Source: Pristiophorus japonicus (Eukaryota). From it: 64,000 bases of DNA. A program made the translations under genes and the position numbers. This document shows positions 1-14,180 of the stretch, piece by piece; position 1 is the first letter of the stretch; every line of letters starts with the position of its first letter. Below the pieces are notes generated by a model, which saw only the letters and a list, made by a program, of their open reading frames with translations, did not search any database and was not told where the DNA came from. The stretch spans positions 65,100,001 to 65,164,000 of the forward strand of contig NC_091999.1 in the NCBI RefSeq assembly GCF_044704955.1, read 5' to 3'.

Positions 1-540
1 TCCCTTTGCCACTTTCTTACTGAACATATTTATGAAAAGTTATTTTAGCCTTCATATTAACTGCAAGTTGTTTCATTTTCAATTTTAACTGTTCTTAATA
101 TGTTCTTGATGTGCCTTTGTGGCTTTCTATATTTCTCCCAGTCCACCGGATTAGCACTTTCCATGGCACTTGTGTAAGTCACTTCATTTACCTCTATACT
201 ACTTCTCAGCTCACATGCTGGCCATGATTGCTTGTTTGTACAACTGGAAGTTAAATGATATTTTCCTGCACTAAATACTGATTTGATTACCTCTGACTGT
301 TTGTCCATAGTTTTACCCAATAAGAGCTCAGCCCAGATTAACGAGTTTATTTTATGCCTCATGAACTTGAGGTCAGCCTTACTTTAGTTTAAAACGTGGT
401 TTTGTGTGATTTTTCCTCTGCTCGAACGCAATGTCAAACTCTATCAAATTTTGGTGACTGTTTGCTAGCTTTTTCTTTCATGTCAGATTATTATGTAACA
501 CTGTCTCGTTCCTCATTAGTATGTCTTTTCTCAGTTCCAT
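1..540 (-). mobile_element. Old CR1-group LINE ORF2 fragment
   Basis: Decayed ORF 57-362 (INSLIWAELL...DWEKYR) resembles the endonuclease-RT linker of CR1 ORF2. Confidence 0.5.
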
Positions 541-600
541 ATATGCTGACTGACCATTGAATTATCATCTTTCTTGTAACAATACTGAACCATTTCGAAG

Positions 601-1370
601 TTAGAAACGTCATAAGAGCATAAGAAATTGCAGCAGGTTTAGGCCATTTGACTCCTCGAGCCTGTTGCGCCATTCAATAAGATCCAGCTGATCTAATCTT
701 CGGCTCAACTCCATTTCCCTGACCTCTCCCCATAATCCTTCACTCCCGTATTGCTCAAAAATCGGTCTATCTCCATCTTAAACATATTCAATTACCCAGC
801 CCCCACAGCTCTCTGGGGCAGATAATTCCACACATGAAAGCAGTGAGAGAAGAAGTTTCACTTCATCTGTTTTCAATCGGCGACACTTTATTCTGAAACT
901 ATATCCCCTAGTTCTAGAGTCCACCACGAGTTGCAACATATTCTCTGCGTCTACCAGTCAAGCCCCCTCAGTATCTTATATGTTTCAATACGATCACTTC
1001 TCATTCTTCTTAACTCCAATGAGTATAGACCAAATCTGCTCAACCTTTTCTATAATCAAACACTACAGCTCAGGAATCAACCTTGTGCAACTTCTCTGAA
1101 CTGTTTCCAATGCAAGTATATTCCTGCTTAATTAAGGAGATAAAAACTGTACGTATTGCTCTAGCCGTGGCCTCTGCGATACCCTGTGCAGTTGTAGCAG
1201 GTCTTATCTGCTTTTATACTACATCCCCTTTGCATTAAAGGCCAACATTACGTTTGCCGTCCTGATTACTTGCTGTACCTGCATACTGACTTTATGTGCT
1301 TCATGCACAAGGAGCATGAAGACACTTTGCAGCATTTTGTAATTTCTCTCAATTTAAATAATAATTTGCT
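601..1370 (-). mobile_element. CR1 LINE 3' fragment
   Basis: cataaga-type tail and 3' UTR/RT C-terminus homologous to the younger copies in the window. Confidence 0.8.
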
Positions 1371-1815
1371 GACCATAGTATTAACACTCTATTAACCCAT
1401 CCGGGTGTCCTTACTGTCTTGTGAATTATTAGTCCCCATGAACCCTGCTTACTATTGCCAACCCCCATCTATCCTTACTGATAATGGCATTATCAGTCCC
1501 CAGTATCATTAGAGCCATTGTATTTTGAGCCGAAATGTATCCTTGCTGACGATTGCATTATCAGTGCACATGTATTCTGACTGATAATTCTATTATCATC
1601 CTCAAAATTCTATTAGTTATCATCGTATTATCAACACCATATATTCTTAATGACCATTGTATTACCAATCTGCATGTATACTTACTGATGATTGCATTAT
1701 TAGCCACGTGAATCTTGTGGACCATTGTAACATCAGTCCCCGATGTAGCGTTAACAACCATTATATTATCAGACCTCATGTATCTTTATTGAACATTGCA
1801 TTATTAGGCCCATGT
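1370..1815. repeat. Diverged ~33-bp minisatellite
   Basis: Recurrent catgtatccttactgaccattgcattatcagtccc-like units. Confidence 0.7.
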
Positions 1816-3748
1816 CCGTGTGCATCGCCCAATGGGACAAGCAGTCGGAGAGCAGGACTCGCAGCGGAGGAACCGGATTCACAGCCATTGAGCGGGTCAC
1901 AAAGTGGGGTACAAGGGAGTAAAGCACTTGGCAGCGGGAGGCCCGGAGTTTGGCGAGCAGTTGATTGACAAGTATCTATCTTTCTTTTTTATGTCAGCTA
2001 AGTCTAATTAGAGGGATAGCAGGCAGCTCAGTCCTGTCAATTGCATATCCTGTGGCATGTGGGAAGTCCTGGATGCTTCACGCTGCATAGAAAACTGGAG
2101 GTGTCTCCAGTTTGAACTATTCGAGCTCCAAGATTCAGAGCTTGAGCAGCGGCTGGAGTGAACACAGTGCATCCGTGAGGCTGAGAGCTACGTGGATAGC
2201 ACGTTTCAGGAGGTCGTCACCCCACAGCTTGAAAGCGTGCAGGCAGAGGGGAAAACCAGATGGAGGAAGGTCGTATTGCAGGTAGTGCGGGAGTTCCCCC
2301 CTGAGTCCATCTCGCTTCACAAACGAAATTCTCCTCTGATAACCATTGAGGGCGATATTGCCTCTGGGCAGGGCAGCTAGAGCCAAGTCGAAAGCGCCAA
2401 GGATGGCTCAGCTACACGGCGGGAAGTGACAAAGAATAAAAGAGCAATTGTGTAGGGGTTCCCATAGTTAGGGGGAAAGAGAGGTGTTTCTGCGGCCGTA
2501 GATGTGACTCCAGGATGGCATGGTGCCGCCCTGGTGACAGGGTAAAGTATGTCACAGAGCGGACGCAAGGCAGTTTGAGGGGAAAGGTTGAAAAGCTAAA
2601 GGTCTTTCTCCACATCGGGACAAATGAGATAGGTAGAAAGAGGGATGAGTTATTGCAGGCAAAATTTAGGGAGCGAGAAGGAGAATTAAATGGTAGGACC
2701 TCAAAGGTAGTAATCTCCGGGTTACTGCCAATGCCGCGTGCTAATGTGTACAAGAATGGAAGGATAGAGAGGTTGAACGGATGGCTGGAGAGTTGATGCA
2801 GGAGGGAAGGCTTTAAATTCCTGAGGCATTGAGACCTTCTGGGGGAGTTGAGACCTGTACAAACTGGAAGGGGTGCACCTCAACTCCCCGGCACCAATAT
2901 CCTCGCGGGGAGTTTTGCTACTACTTTTGGGGAGAGTTTTAACTAGCTTGGCAGGTGGTTGAGAAACTGAGTACGAATTCAAAAGGGAAGGATGTAAAGC
3001 TGAAATTGCAAAGCAAGAATGTCGGAACTGAATCTGTAAAACAGAGGAAACAAGGGTTAGCAAGTAGTAATCAAGGAAGTCTTCCTGTGCTAAATGGTGC
3101 ATACATCAATGCAAGGAGTAGAGCGACTAAGGCAGATGAGCTGAGAGCACAGATAGACACTTGGGAGTATGACATTATAGCCATTACAGAGACATGGTTG
3201 AAAGGGGGGCAGGTTTGCCAGCTCAATATCCCTAGTGACACGATTTTTAGACAGGACGGAGAGAGTGGCGAGGTGGGGGGAGTGGGGAAGAGGGGTGTCG
3301 CAGTGTTGATTAAATAAAATATTACAGCTGTGAGGATGGATGATCTGTTAGAAGGATCATCAAATTAGGCCATATGGACGAACTGAAAAATACAAAATGG
3401 GCGATCACATTGCCAGGCGTTTATTATGGATCCAAAACAGTTGGAGGGAGATGGAAGAACAAATATGTCGGAAAATTTCTGTGAAGTTCAAAAAACATAG
3501 GGTAGTAGGAGTAGTCAATTCTAACTATCCTGATATTTATTGGAACAAATATGGTGTGATAGGCATAGAAGGTGTTGAATTCCTAAAATCCATTCAGGAG
3601 AACTTTTTTAGTCAGTATGTAACACGCCCAACACGGGAGGGGACGTGTCTGGATTGATTTTGGGGGAATGAATTTGGGCAGGTGGAAGGGGTATCTGGGG
3701 GAGAGGTGTTGGGTACCAGTGACGATAATTCAGTCAGATTCAAGGAAG
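1815..3748 (+). mobile_element. CR1 LINE 5' part (ORF1 with esterase-like domain, then APE endonuclease start), element A
   Basis: HIGTNEIG / VVISGLLPMPR / RLNGWL (CR1 ORF1 SGNH-like) and YINARS...YDIIAITETWL...GVAVLIK (APE endonuclease), disrupted. Confidence 0.85.
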
Positions 3749-3749
3749 T

Positions 3750-4440
3750 TAGAAACATAGAAATATAGAAAATAGGTGCAGGATTAGGCCATTCGGCCCT
3801 TCGAGCCTGCACCACCATTCGAGAAGATCATTCTCTCAGTAACCCGTTCCTGCTTTCTCTCTATACCCCTTGATCCCCTTAGCCGTAAGGGCCACATCAA
3901 ACTCCCTCTTGAATATATATCCAATGAACTGGCATCAACAAATCCCTGCAGTAGGGAATTCCACAGGCTAATAACTCTCTGAGTGAAGAAGTTTCTCCTC
4001 ATCTCAGTAATAAATGGCCTACCCCTCATCCTAAGACTGTGTCCCCTGGTTCTGGACTTCCCCAACATCGTGAATAATCTACCCGCATTTAACCTGTCCT
4101 GTCCCGTCAGAATCTTGTATGTTTCTATGAGATCCCCTCTCATTCTTGCAAACTCCAGTGAATAAAGGCGCAGTTGATCCAGTCTCTCCTCATATGTCAG
4201 TCCATCCATCCCGGGAATCAGTCTAGTGAACCTTCGCTGCACTTCCTTAATAGCAAGAACGTCCTTCCTCAGATTTGGAGAACAAAACTGAACCCAATAT
4301 TCCAGATGAGGCCTCACCAATGCCCCGAACAGCTGCAGTAAGACCTCCCTGCTCCTATACACATTTAGCCACATTATACTGCATCTGCCATGCATTTGCC
4401 CATTCACCTAACCTGTATAAGACACTCTGCAGCTTCTTAT
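3750..4440 (-). mobile_element. CR1 LINE element B, 3' half (resumes at ~10296)
   Basis: agaaacatag tail at 3750; LVRPHLEY...RGHSLR...FFTQRV RT C-terminus; internal deletion at ~4358. Confidence 0.9.
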
Positions 4441-7140
4441 CATAGAAACATAGAAACATAGAAAATAGGTGCAGGAGTAGGCCATTCAGCCCTTCTAGCC
4501 TGCACCGCCATTCAATGAGTTCATGGCTGAACATGCACTTCAGTACCCCCTTCCTGCTTTCTCGCGATACCACTTGATCCCCCGAGTAGTACGGACTTCA
4601 TCTAACTCCCACTTGAATATATTTAGTGAATTGGTCTCAACTACTTTCTGTGGTAGAGAATTCCACAGCTTCACCACTCTCTGGGTGAAGAAGTTCCTTC
4701 TCATCTCGGTCCTAAATGGCTTACCCCTGATCCTTAGACTGTGACCCCTGGTTCCGGACTTCCCCAACATTGGGAACATTCTTCCTGCATCTAACCTGTC
4801 TAAACCCGTCAGAATTTTAAACGTTTCTATGAGGTCCCCTCTCATTCTTCTGAACTCCAGTGAATACAAGCCCAGTTGATCCAGTCTTTCTTGATAGGTC
4901 AGTCCCACCATCCCGGGAATCAGTCTGGTGAACCTTCGCTGCACTAGCTCAATAGCAAGAATGTCCTTCCTCAAGTTAGGAGGCCAAAACTGCAAACAAT
5001 ACTCCAGGTGTGGCCTCACCAAGGCCCTGTACAACTGTAGCAACACCTCCCTGCCCCTCTACTCAAATCCCCTCGCTTTGAAGGCCAACATGCCATTTGC
5101 TTTCTTAACCGCCTGCTGTACCTGCATGCCAACCTTCAATGACTGATGTACCATGACACCCAGCTCTCATTGCACCTCCCCTTTTCCTAATCTGTCACCA
5201 TTCAGATAATAGTCTGTCTCTCTGTTTTTACTGCCAAAGTGGATAACCTCACATTTATCCACATTATACTTCATCTGCCATGCATTTGCCCACTCACCTA
5301 ACCTATCCAAGTCACTCTGCAGCATCATAGCATCGTCCTCGCAGCTCACACTGCCACCCAACTTAGTGTCATCCGCAAATTTGGAGATACTATATTTAAT
5401 CCCCTCGTCTAAATCATTAATGTAAGATGTAAACAGCTGGGGCCCCAACACAGAACCTTGCGGTACCCCACGAGTCACTGCCTGCCATTCTGAAAAGTAC
5501 CCACTTACTCCTACACTTTGCTTCCTGTCTGACAAACAGTTCTCAATCCACGTCAGCGCACTACCCCCAATCCCATGTGCTTTAACTTTGCACGTTAATC
5601 TCTTGTGTGGGACCTTGTCTAAAGCCTTCTGAAAGTCTAAACATACCACATCAACTGCTTCTCCCTTGTCCACTTTACTGGAAACATCCTCAAATAATTC
5701 CAGAAGGTTTGTCAAGCATGATTTCCCTTTCACAAATCCATGCTGACTTGGACCTATCATGTCACCATTTTCCAAATGCACTGCTATGACATCCTTAATA
5801 ATTGATTCCATCATTTTACCCACTACTGAAGTCAGGCTGACCGGTCTATAATTCCCTGTTTTCTCTCTCCCTCCTTTTTTAAAAAGTGGGGTTACATTGG
5901 CTACCCTCCACTCGATAAGAACTGATCCAGATTCAGTGGAATGTTGCAAAATGACTGTCAATGCGTCCACTATTTCCAAGGCCACCCCCTTAAGTACTCT
6001 GGGATGCAGTCCATCAGGCCCTGGGGAATTATTGGCCTTCAATCCAATCAATTTCCCCAACACAATTTCCCAACTAATAAAGATTTCCCTCAGTTCCTCC
6101 TCCTTACTCGACCCTCTGACCCCTTTTATATCCATAAGGTTGTTTGTGTCCTCCTCAGTGAATACTGAACCAAAGTACTTGTTCAATTGGTCTGCCATTT
6201 CTTTGCTCCCCGTTATGGCTTCCCCTGATTCTGACTGCAGGGGACCTATGTTTGCCTTGAATAACCTTTTTCTCTTTACATACCAATAGCAACTTTTGCA
6301 ATCCGCCTTTATGCTTCCTGCAAGCTTCTTCTCGTACTTCATTTTCCCTGCCCTAATCAATCCCTTTGTCCTCCTCCGCTGAGTTCTAAATTTCTCCCAG
6401 TCCCCAGGTTCGTTGCTATTTCTGGCCAATTTGTATGCCACTTCCTTGGCTTTAATACTATACCTGATTTCCCTCGATAGCCACGGTTGAGCCACCTTCC
6501 CTTTATCATTTTTACGCCAGACACGAATGTACAATTGTTGTAGTTCATCCAAGCGGTCTCTAAATGTCTGCCATTGCCCATCCACAGTCAACCCCTGAAG
6601 TATCATTTGCCAATCTATCCTAGCCAATTCACGCCTCATACCTTCAAAGTTACCCTTCTTTAAGTTCTGGAAAATGGTCTCTGAATTAACTGCATCATTC
6701 TCCATCCTAATGCAGAATTCCACCATATTATGGTCGCTCTTCCCCAAGGGGCCTCGCACAATGAGATTCCTAATTAGTCCTCTCTCATTACACAACACCC
6801 AGTCTAAGATGACCTTCCCCCTAGTTGGTTCCTCGACATATTGGTCTAGAAAACCATCCCTTATGCACTCCAGGAAATCCTCCTCCAGCGTATTGCTTCC
6901 AGTTTGGCTTGCCCAATCTACGTGCATATTAAAGTCACCCATTATAACTGCTGCACCATTATTGCATGCACCCCTAATTTCCTGTTTGATGCCCTCCCCA
7001 ACATCAGTACTAGTGTTTGGAGGTCTTTACAGAACTCCCACTAACATTTTTTGCCCTTTGGTGTTCTGCAGCTCTACCCATATAGATTCCACATCATCCA
7101 AGCTAATGTATTTCTTAACTATTGCATTAATCTCTTCTTT
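4441..7140 (-). mobile_element. Young 5'-truncated CR1 LINE, element C
   Basis: (agaaacat)n tail; 591-aa ORF2 piece with KSPGPDG-like, NYRPVSLTS, QHGF, GVPQGSVLGP and KFADD RT motifs. Confidence 0.97.
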
Positions 7141-10100
7141 AGAAACATAGAAACATAGAAAATAGGTGCAGGAGTAGGCCATTCGGCCCTTCTAGCCTGC
7201 ACCGCCATTCAATGAGTTCATGGCTGAACATCAACTTCAGTACCCCATTCCTGCTTTCTCGCCATACCCCTTGATCTCCCTAGCAGTAAGGACCTCATCT
7301 AACTCCTTTTTGAATATATTCAGTGAATTGGCCTCAAAACTTTCTGCGGTAGAGAATTCCACAGGTTCACCACTCTCTGGGTGAAGAAGTTCCTCCGCAT
7401 CTCGGTCCTAAATGGCTTACCCCTTATCCTTAGACTGTGACCTCTGGTTCTGGACTTCCCCAACATTGGGAACATTCTTCCTGCATCTAACCTGTCGAAC
7501 CCCGTCAGAATTTTAAATGTTTCTATGAGGTCCCCTCTCATTCTTCTGAACTCCAGTGAATACAAGCCCAATTGATCCAGTATTTCTTGATAGGTCAGTC
7601 CTGCCATCCCGGGAATCAGTCTGGTGAACCTTCGCTGCACTCCCTCAACAGAAAGAATGTCCTTCCTCAGGTTAGGAGACCAAAACTGCACACAATACTC
7701 CAGGTGTGGCCTCACCAATGCCCTGTACAACTGTAGCAACACCTCCCTGCCCCTGTACTCTAATCCCCTCGCTATGAAGGCCAACGTGCCATTTGCTTTC
7801 TTAACCGCCTGCTGTATCTGCATGCCAACCTTCAATGACAGATGTACCATGACACCCAGATCTCTTTGCACCTCCCCTTTTCCTAATCTGTCACCATTCA
7901 GATAATAGTCTGTCTCTCTGTTTTTACCGCCAAAGTGGATAACCTCACATTTATCCACATTATACTTCATCTGCCATGCATTTGCCCACTCACCTAACCA
8001 ATCCAAGTCACTCTGCAGCCTCACAGCATCCTCCGCGCAGCTCACACTGCCACCCAACTTAGTTTCATCCTCAAATTTGGAGACACTACATTTAATCCCC
8101 TCATCTAAATCATTAATGTACAGTGTAAACTGCTGGGGCCCCAGCACAGAACCTTGCGGTACCCCACTAGTCACTGGCTACCATTCTAAAAAGTACCCAT
8201 TTACTCCTAATCTTTGCTTCCTGCCTGACAACCAGTTCTCAATCCATGTTAGCACACTACCCCCAATCTCATGTGCTCTAACTTTGCACATCAATCTCTT
8301 GTGTGGGACCTTGTTGAATGCCTTCTGAAAGTCCAAATATACCACATCAACTGGTTCTCCCTTGTCCACTCTACTCGAAACATCCTCAAAAAATTCGAGA
8401 AGATTTGTCAAGCATGATTTCCCTTTCACAAATCCATGCTGACATGGACCTATCATGTCACCTCTTTCCAAATGCACTGCTATGACATCCTTAATAATTG
8501 ATTCCATCATTTTACCCATTACCGATGTCAGGCTGACCGGTCTATAATTCCCTGTTTTCTCTCTCCCTCCTTTTTTAAAAAGTGGGGTTACATTGGCTAC
8601 ACTCCACTCGATAGGAACTGATCCAGGGTGAATGGAATGTTGGAAAATGACTGTCAATGCATCCACTATTTCCAAGGCCACCTCCTTAAGTACTCTGGGA
8701 TGCAGTCCATCAGGCCCTGGGGATTTATCGGCCTTCAATCCCATCAATTTCCCCAACACAATTTCCCAGCTAATAAGGATTTCCCTCAGTTCCTCCTCCT
8801 TACTAGACCCCCCGACCCCTTTTATAACCGGAAGGTTATTTGTGTCCTCCTTCGTGAATACCGAACCAAAGTACTTGTTCAATTGGTCTGCCATTTCTTT
8901 GTTCCCCGTTATGACTTCACCTGATTCTGACTGCAGGGGACCTACGTTTGTCTTTACTAACCTTTTTCTCTTTACATATCTATAGAAACTTTTGCAATCC
9001 GTCTTAATGTTCCCTGCAAGCTTCTTCTCATACTCCATTTTCCCTGCCCGAATCAAACCCTTTGTCCTCCTCTGCTGAGTTGTAAATTCCTCCCAGTCCC
9101 CAGGTTCACTGCTATTTCTGGCCAATTTTATGCCACTTCCTTGGCTTTAATACTATTCCTGATTTCCCTTGACGGCCACGGCTGAGCCACCTTCCCTTTT
9201 TTATTTTCATGCCAGACAGGAATGTACAATTGTTGTAGTTCATCCATGTGGTCTCTAAATGTCTGCCATTGCCCATCCACAGTCAACCCCTTAAGTATCA
9301 TTCGCCAATCCATCCCTGCCAATTCACGCCTCATACCTTCAAAGTGAGCCTTCTTTAAATTCTGGACCATGGTCTCTGAATTAACTGTTTCATTCTCCAT
9401 CCTAATGCAGAATTCCACCATATTATGGTCACTCTTCCCCAAGGGGCCTCGCACAACGAGATTGCTAATTAATCCTCTCTCATTACACAACACCCAGTCT
9501 AAGATGGCCTCCCCCCTAGTTGGATCCTCGACATATTGGTCTAGAAAACCATCCCTTGTGCACTCCAGGAAATCCTTCTCCACCGTATTGCTTCCAGTTT
9601 GTTTTCCCAATCTATGTGCATATTAAAGTCACCCATTATAACTGCTGCACCTTAATTGCACGCACCCCTAATTTCATGTTTGGTGCCCTCCCCAACATCA
9701 CTACTACTGTTTGGAGGTCTGTACACAACTCCCACTAACGTTTTTTTTCCTTTGGTGTTCTTCAGCTCTACCCATTTCGATTCCACATCATCCAAGCTAA
9801 TGTCCTTCCTAACTATTGCCTTAATCTCCTCCTTAACCAGCAATGCTACCCCACCTCCTTTTCCTTTTATTCTATCATTCCTGAATGTTGAATACCCCTG
9901 GATGTTGAGTTCCCAGCCCTGATCATCCTGGAGCCACGTCTCCATAATCCCAATCATATCATATTTGTTACCATCTATTTGCACAGTTAATTCATCCACC
10001 TTATTGCGGGTCGTCCTTACATTAAGACATAAAGCCTTCAGGCTTGTTTTTTTAACACCCTTTGTCCTTTTAGAATTTTGCTGTACAGTGGCCCCTCTTG

Positions 10101-10295
10101 TTCTTTGCACCGGGTTTCTCTGCCCCCCACCCCTCCTCATTTCCTTTCTGTCTTTTGCTTTTGCATCTTTTTGTCTCCCTCTGTCTCCCTGCATTGGTTC
10201 CCATCCCCCTGCCATATTAGTTTAACTCCTCCCCAACAGCACTAGCAAACACTTCCCCTAGGACATTGGTTCCGGTCCTGCCCAGGTGCAGACCG
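7141..10295 (-). mobile_element. Young CR1 LINE, element D (near-complete ORF2 plus ORF1 end, disabled)
   Basis: Own (agaaacat)n tail; ORF2 split into 9652-10215, 9128-9610, 8178-9125 and 7320-8174 by stops/frameshift; RT motif altered to KFEDE. Confidence 0.97.
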
Positions 10296-10810
10296 CCCCC
10301 CTCACAGCTCACACCACCAGCCAGTTTAGTGTCATGAGCAAACTTGGACATATCAGACTCAATTCCTACATCAAAATCATTGATGTATATTGTAAAGAGC
10401 TGGTGTCCTAGCACTGAGCCCTGCGGCATTCTACGAGTCACGGTCTGCCATCTGTAAAGGATCTGTTTCGCCCGACTCTCTGTTTCCTGCCTGCCAATGA
10501 GTTCTCGATCCCCGTCAGTATATTACCCCCAGTATCATGTGCTTTGATTTTGCACAGCAATCACTGGTTTGGGGCCTTGTTAAAAGCCTTTTGAAAGTCC
10601 AAATACACCACACCCACTGGCTTCCCCTTGTCCACTCGATTAGTGACATCCTCAAAAAATTCCAGAAGAATTGTCAAGCATGATTTCTCCTTCATAAATC
10701 TATGCCTGCTTGGACCGATCCCGTCACGGCTTTCCAAACGCACTACTATTTCATCCTTAATAATTAATTCCAACACTTTCCCCACCACTGATGTCAGGCT
10801 AGCCGGTCTA
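10296..10810 (-). mobile_element. CR1 LINE element B, 5' half
   Basis: Starts cctcacagctcacacc, continuing the consensus broken at 4443 (ctctgcagcttcttatcat). Confidence 0.85.
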
Positions 10811-11255
10811 TAATGGTATCTTGACCTTTATTGCAACACGGCTGGAGTATAAAAGCAGGGAAGTCTTGCTGCAGCTTTACTGGCTATTGATGAGGCTGCA
10901 CCTGGAATAATGCGTGCAGTTTTGGTTTCCATATATATGAAAAGATATAGTTGCTTTGGAGGCAGTTCAGTGAAGGTTCACTCGGTTGATTCCGGAGATG
11001 CAGGGGTTGAGTCATGAGGAAAGATTGAGTAGGTTGGTCCTCTACTCATTGGAATTCATATGAATGAGAGGTGAGCTTATCGAAACGTATACAATTATGA
11101 GGGGGCTTGACAATGTGGATGCAGAGGGATGTTTCCACTGATGACGGAGATTAGAACTAGAGGCCCTGATCTTTGAATATGGAGCCACCCATTTAAGACT
11201 GAGATGAGGAGATAGAGACTTGTAAATCTGTGGAATTCGCTGCCTCAGAGTGCTT
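10811..11255 (+). mobile_element. CR1 3' RT fragment
   Basis: Decayed agggaagtcttgctgcag...aatctgtggaattcgctgcctcagag CR1 sequence. Confidence 0.8.
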
Positions 11256-12690
11256 AATTTGCTTTTTTATGTACTTGCGAACCTGTAGTGCAACTTTTAG
11301 TGATTTGTGTATTTGTTATCCGATACTCCTTTGTTCCTCTAGCACACCTTGATTCGTACCCTCCAAGTAATAAGTGACCTTGCCATTCGTCCTATTAAAA
11401 TGTAACGCTCACATTTATCTGTATTGCACTTCATTTGACAATTATATTCCCATTCTGCAAGTTTATTGATGTATTCCTGTAATTGTTGCAGTCCTCAGTA
11501 TTGAAAATCCTCTCTTGCCAATTTGGTGTCATCCGCAGATTTAGAAATTGTATTTTTGATTCTAAACCTTTAACATAAATTGTGAAAAACAGTGTTCCCA
11601 GCACTAATCCTTGTGGAACACCACTACCCACCTTCTGCCATTGTGAATAGTTGATACATTTCAACCCTACTCCCTGCTTTCTGTTTTGAAGCCAGCTAAC
11701 TATCCATTGTGCTACTTGTCCCCTCACTCTGCATTCTCTGACATTGTTCATCAGTCTGTTCTGGAGTACCTTATTAAAGGCCTTTTGAAAATCTAAATAA
11801 GTTACATCAATTGCATTACCACTGTCTATTATCTCTGTTACGTCTCCAAAATAAATCACTGATATTGGTCAAGCAAGACTTTCCCTTTTGAAATTCATGC
11901 TGTCTGTTCAATATTATATGTTTAGTTTCTAGATGTTCTTTTATTTTCTCCTTTAGTAGGGATTCCATTAGTTTTCCTACCACCGATGTTAAGCTGACTG
12001 GTTCGAAATTCCTTTGACTAGACCTGTGACCCTTCTTAAATGTACATATTACGTCAGCTATCAGCCAGTCCTCTGGCACGACACCTTTTTCTCACGAATT
12101 ATTAAATATGTGCAGTAATGCCTCTGCTATCTCTTCCCTATATTATTTTAAAATACATGGATGCAATCTATCCGGACCAGGGATTTTATTATCTTTGAAT
12201 GTGATTAGTTAGGTTAATATATCCCCTGTTTTTATTTCAAATGCAATGATCTAATTTCTAATTTCATTGTCCAATATCATGGCCTGTTGTTCTATCTCCC
12301 TGGTAATTACTGAAGCAAAATAATGATTTAATATCTCTGCCATATCTTTGTCGTTAACTGTGGTATCATCCTGTCGAACCCTTAATTACCTTCGTCCCAT
12401 CCAAACTTTCCTTTTTAATTGATGTGATAGTAAAATATTTTACAACTTTTTCTTATGTTTCTCGATAATTTATTTTCATAGTTCCTGTTTACATTCCGAA
12501 TTGTTTTTTTTTACTAGTTTTTGCAAATCTCTTCGTATCCTCCTTTGTCTATGGACTTAATGTTTGCTTCTTTCCATACCCGCCATTGTTCTCGTAGTGC
12601 TTTCTTCATCCATTGTGTCTCATTTGTGTTAGAGTGTTCTTTACTTTTAGCAGAATATATTGTTCCTGCACACTGTTGCACACCGTTTTA
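11256..12690 (-). mobile_element. Older CR1 ORF2 fragment
   Basis: YLDFQKAFNKV, GVPQGLVLG and PVSLTSVVGK motifs in ORFs 11431-12079. Confidence 0.85.
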
Positions 12691-13229
12691 AATACTGCAT
12701 CTCCAGTGTAGTAAACAGAACAGGGGGCGAGGGGAGGGGTGAGCTCTAGTCTGCTCGCCTTCAGCACTACATCTTTGCTGTCTCCAGTTCATTCAGCTGC
12801 TTCTTAACATCACGTGGACTGAAAAGAATGAGCTCGATGCTGCGCTCTGTAATGGCTGAAATCTCAGGAGGAATGGCTACGCCCATTCCTTCATCACCTT
12901 TAACTGATAGGACTGTCAATCACATCGAACTTCATTCCTGATAACCAGTGAAGGTTTCCTCTATTTTTGAGCATGGGATGTTTATGCAGCATCCTGCTCC
13001 TGCTCGTTACCTAATAGTCCCCACTATTTTCGGCTGGATATGGCTGAGCTGCGGAGTTTTGCTGTGGGAAAACATAGCTCTGAGGATAGACTGCTGCCTT
13101 TGTTTTTTAGCATGTCGATAGCCCTGTGTGCTACCTTCGCGAGGTTTGAAACTCAAATGAATGTGTGCCTGATTCTGAATTCGGCACGTCCCTGCACACT
13201 CCACTGAACTATGATTGGTCTCATCGCTC

Positions 13230-13330
13230 AGTTTTGAGGAAAGGACACTGGCCTGAATCATTAAATTCATCGTCCAGATACAGCCTTACCTGCTGAGTGG
13301 TTCCGGCATTTTCTGTTTTTATTTTTATTT
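13230..13330 (+). mobile_element. Probable Penelope-like element terminal fragment
   Basis: tgaggaaaggacactggcctgaatcattaa...cagccttacctgctgagtggttccggcattttctgttttt resembles the common elasmobranch PLE-end repeat (recognised from memory, not searched). Confidence 0.4.
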
Positions 13331-14180
13331 TCCTGGCACGAGGGCGATAATGGCGTGAGGGATGTGTCAGATCATTAGATTACGGAAATAGTGGTTTAAT
13401 GTTATGTTGCTGTGATTCACAACATCCGGTGCAGGTTCATTTTGTGGTCACTGATCTGATCCACTGACCCCGGAGGATGCCCATTGTGGGGTTACTGATC
13501 TCTCACTCTGATCCTGGATGTCCCATCACACTACTTGATGGGAGAGGTCCACAAGGTGGAGATGAAATGTTGTTTTCACAAAGATTGTGTGGCCATTATT
13601 TCTATTAACTGCACTGTGCCTAGCCGTGTCTGCGACAAGTAGTTTGGTGAAGACAAACTCAATACGTGATTCCCTTGTGATGGTTCTATTGCCAACGACT
13701 GAATCCCAGTCAGGCACGAGTTTCGTTCAGGAATCCGCCAGCTTGGCCAGTGGTGTAACCCCCGGTCATAGTGTTGGATTTGCAAATCGGCAACCAGATT
13801 GCATTCTGGGATTTTCTTCATTGAGAGAAACATCCAATTGAATTTCATCAGTTGAGGGGACGGTAGTTAATGATCGGCAGCAGGTGGCTTTGATTTAGTT
13901 TCAGCTGAAGCCTTAAGACGCTATGGGCTCCATATCCGATGCTGAGAACTATCAGGGGATGCCCACTCAGAAATAAATAACTATACCCCATCAGTACACC
14001 AAGTGCCGCTATCATTGTACCGCCAACCGCGGAGCATTGGCCCCACGTATCCCAAATCCTCAAATTAAACATTCTTCTCTTTAAATACCTTCATGATATT
14101 TCCAATCATTATGTCTTTAACTTGACCCAGCCCAACATTACCCTCGTCCACTGCGTGCTGATCATTCCTGCAACTCTGTT

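Noticed and set aside
5167-6942. 591-aa ORF as a host gene or an active retrotransposon
   Set aside because: It is a 5'-truncated CR1 ORF2 piece ending at a premature stop; no CR1 copy in the window has intact ORF1 plus ORF2.
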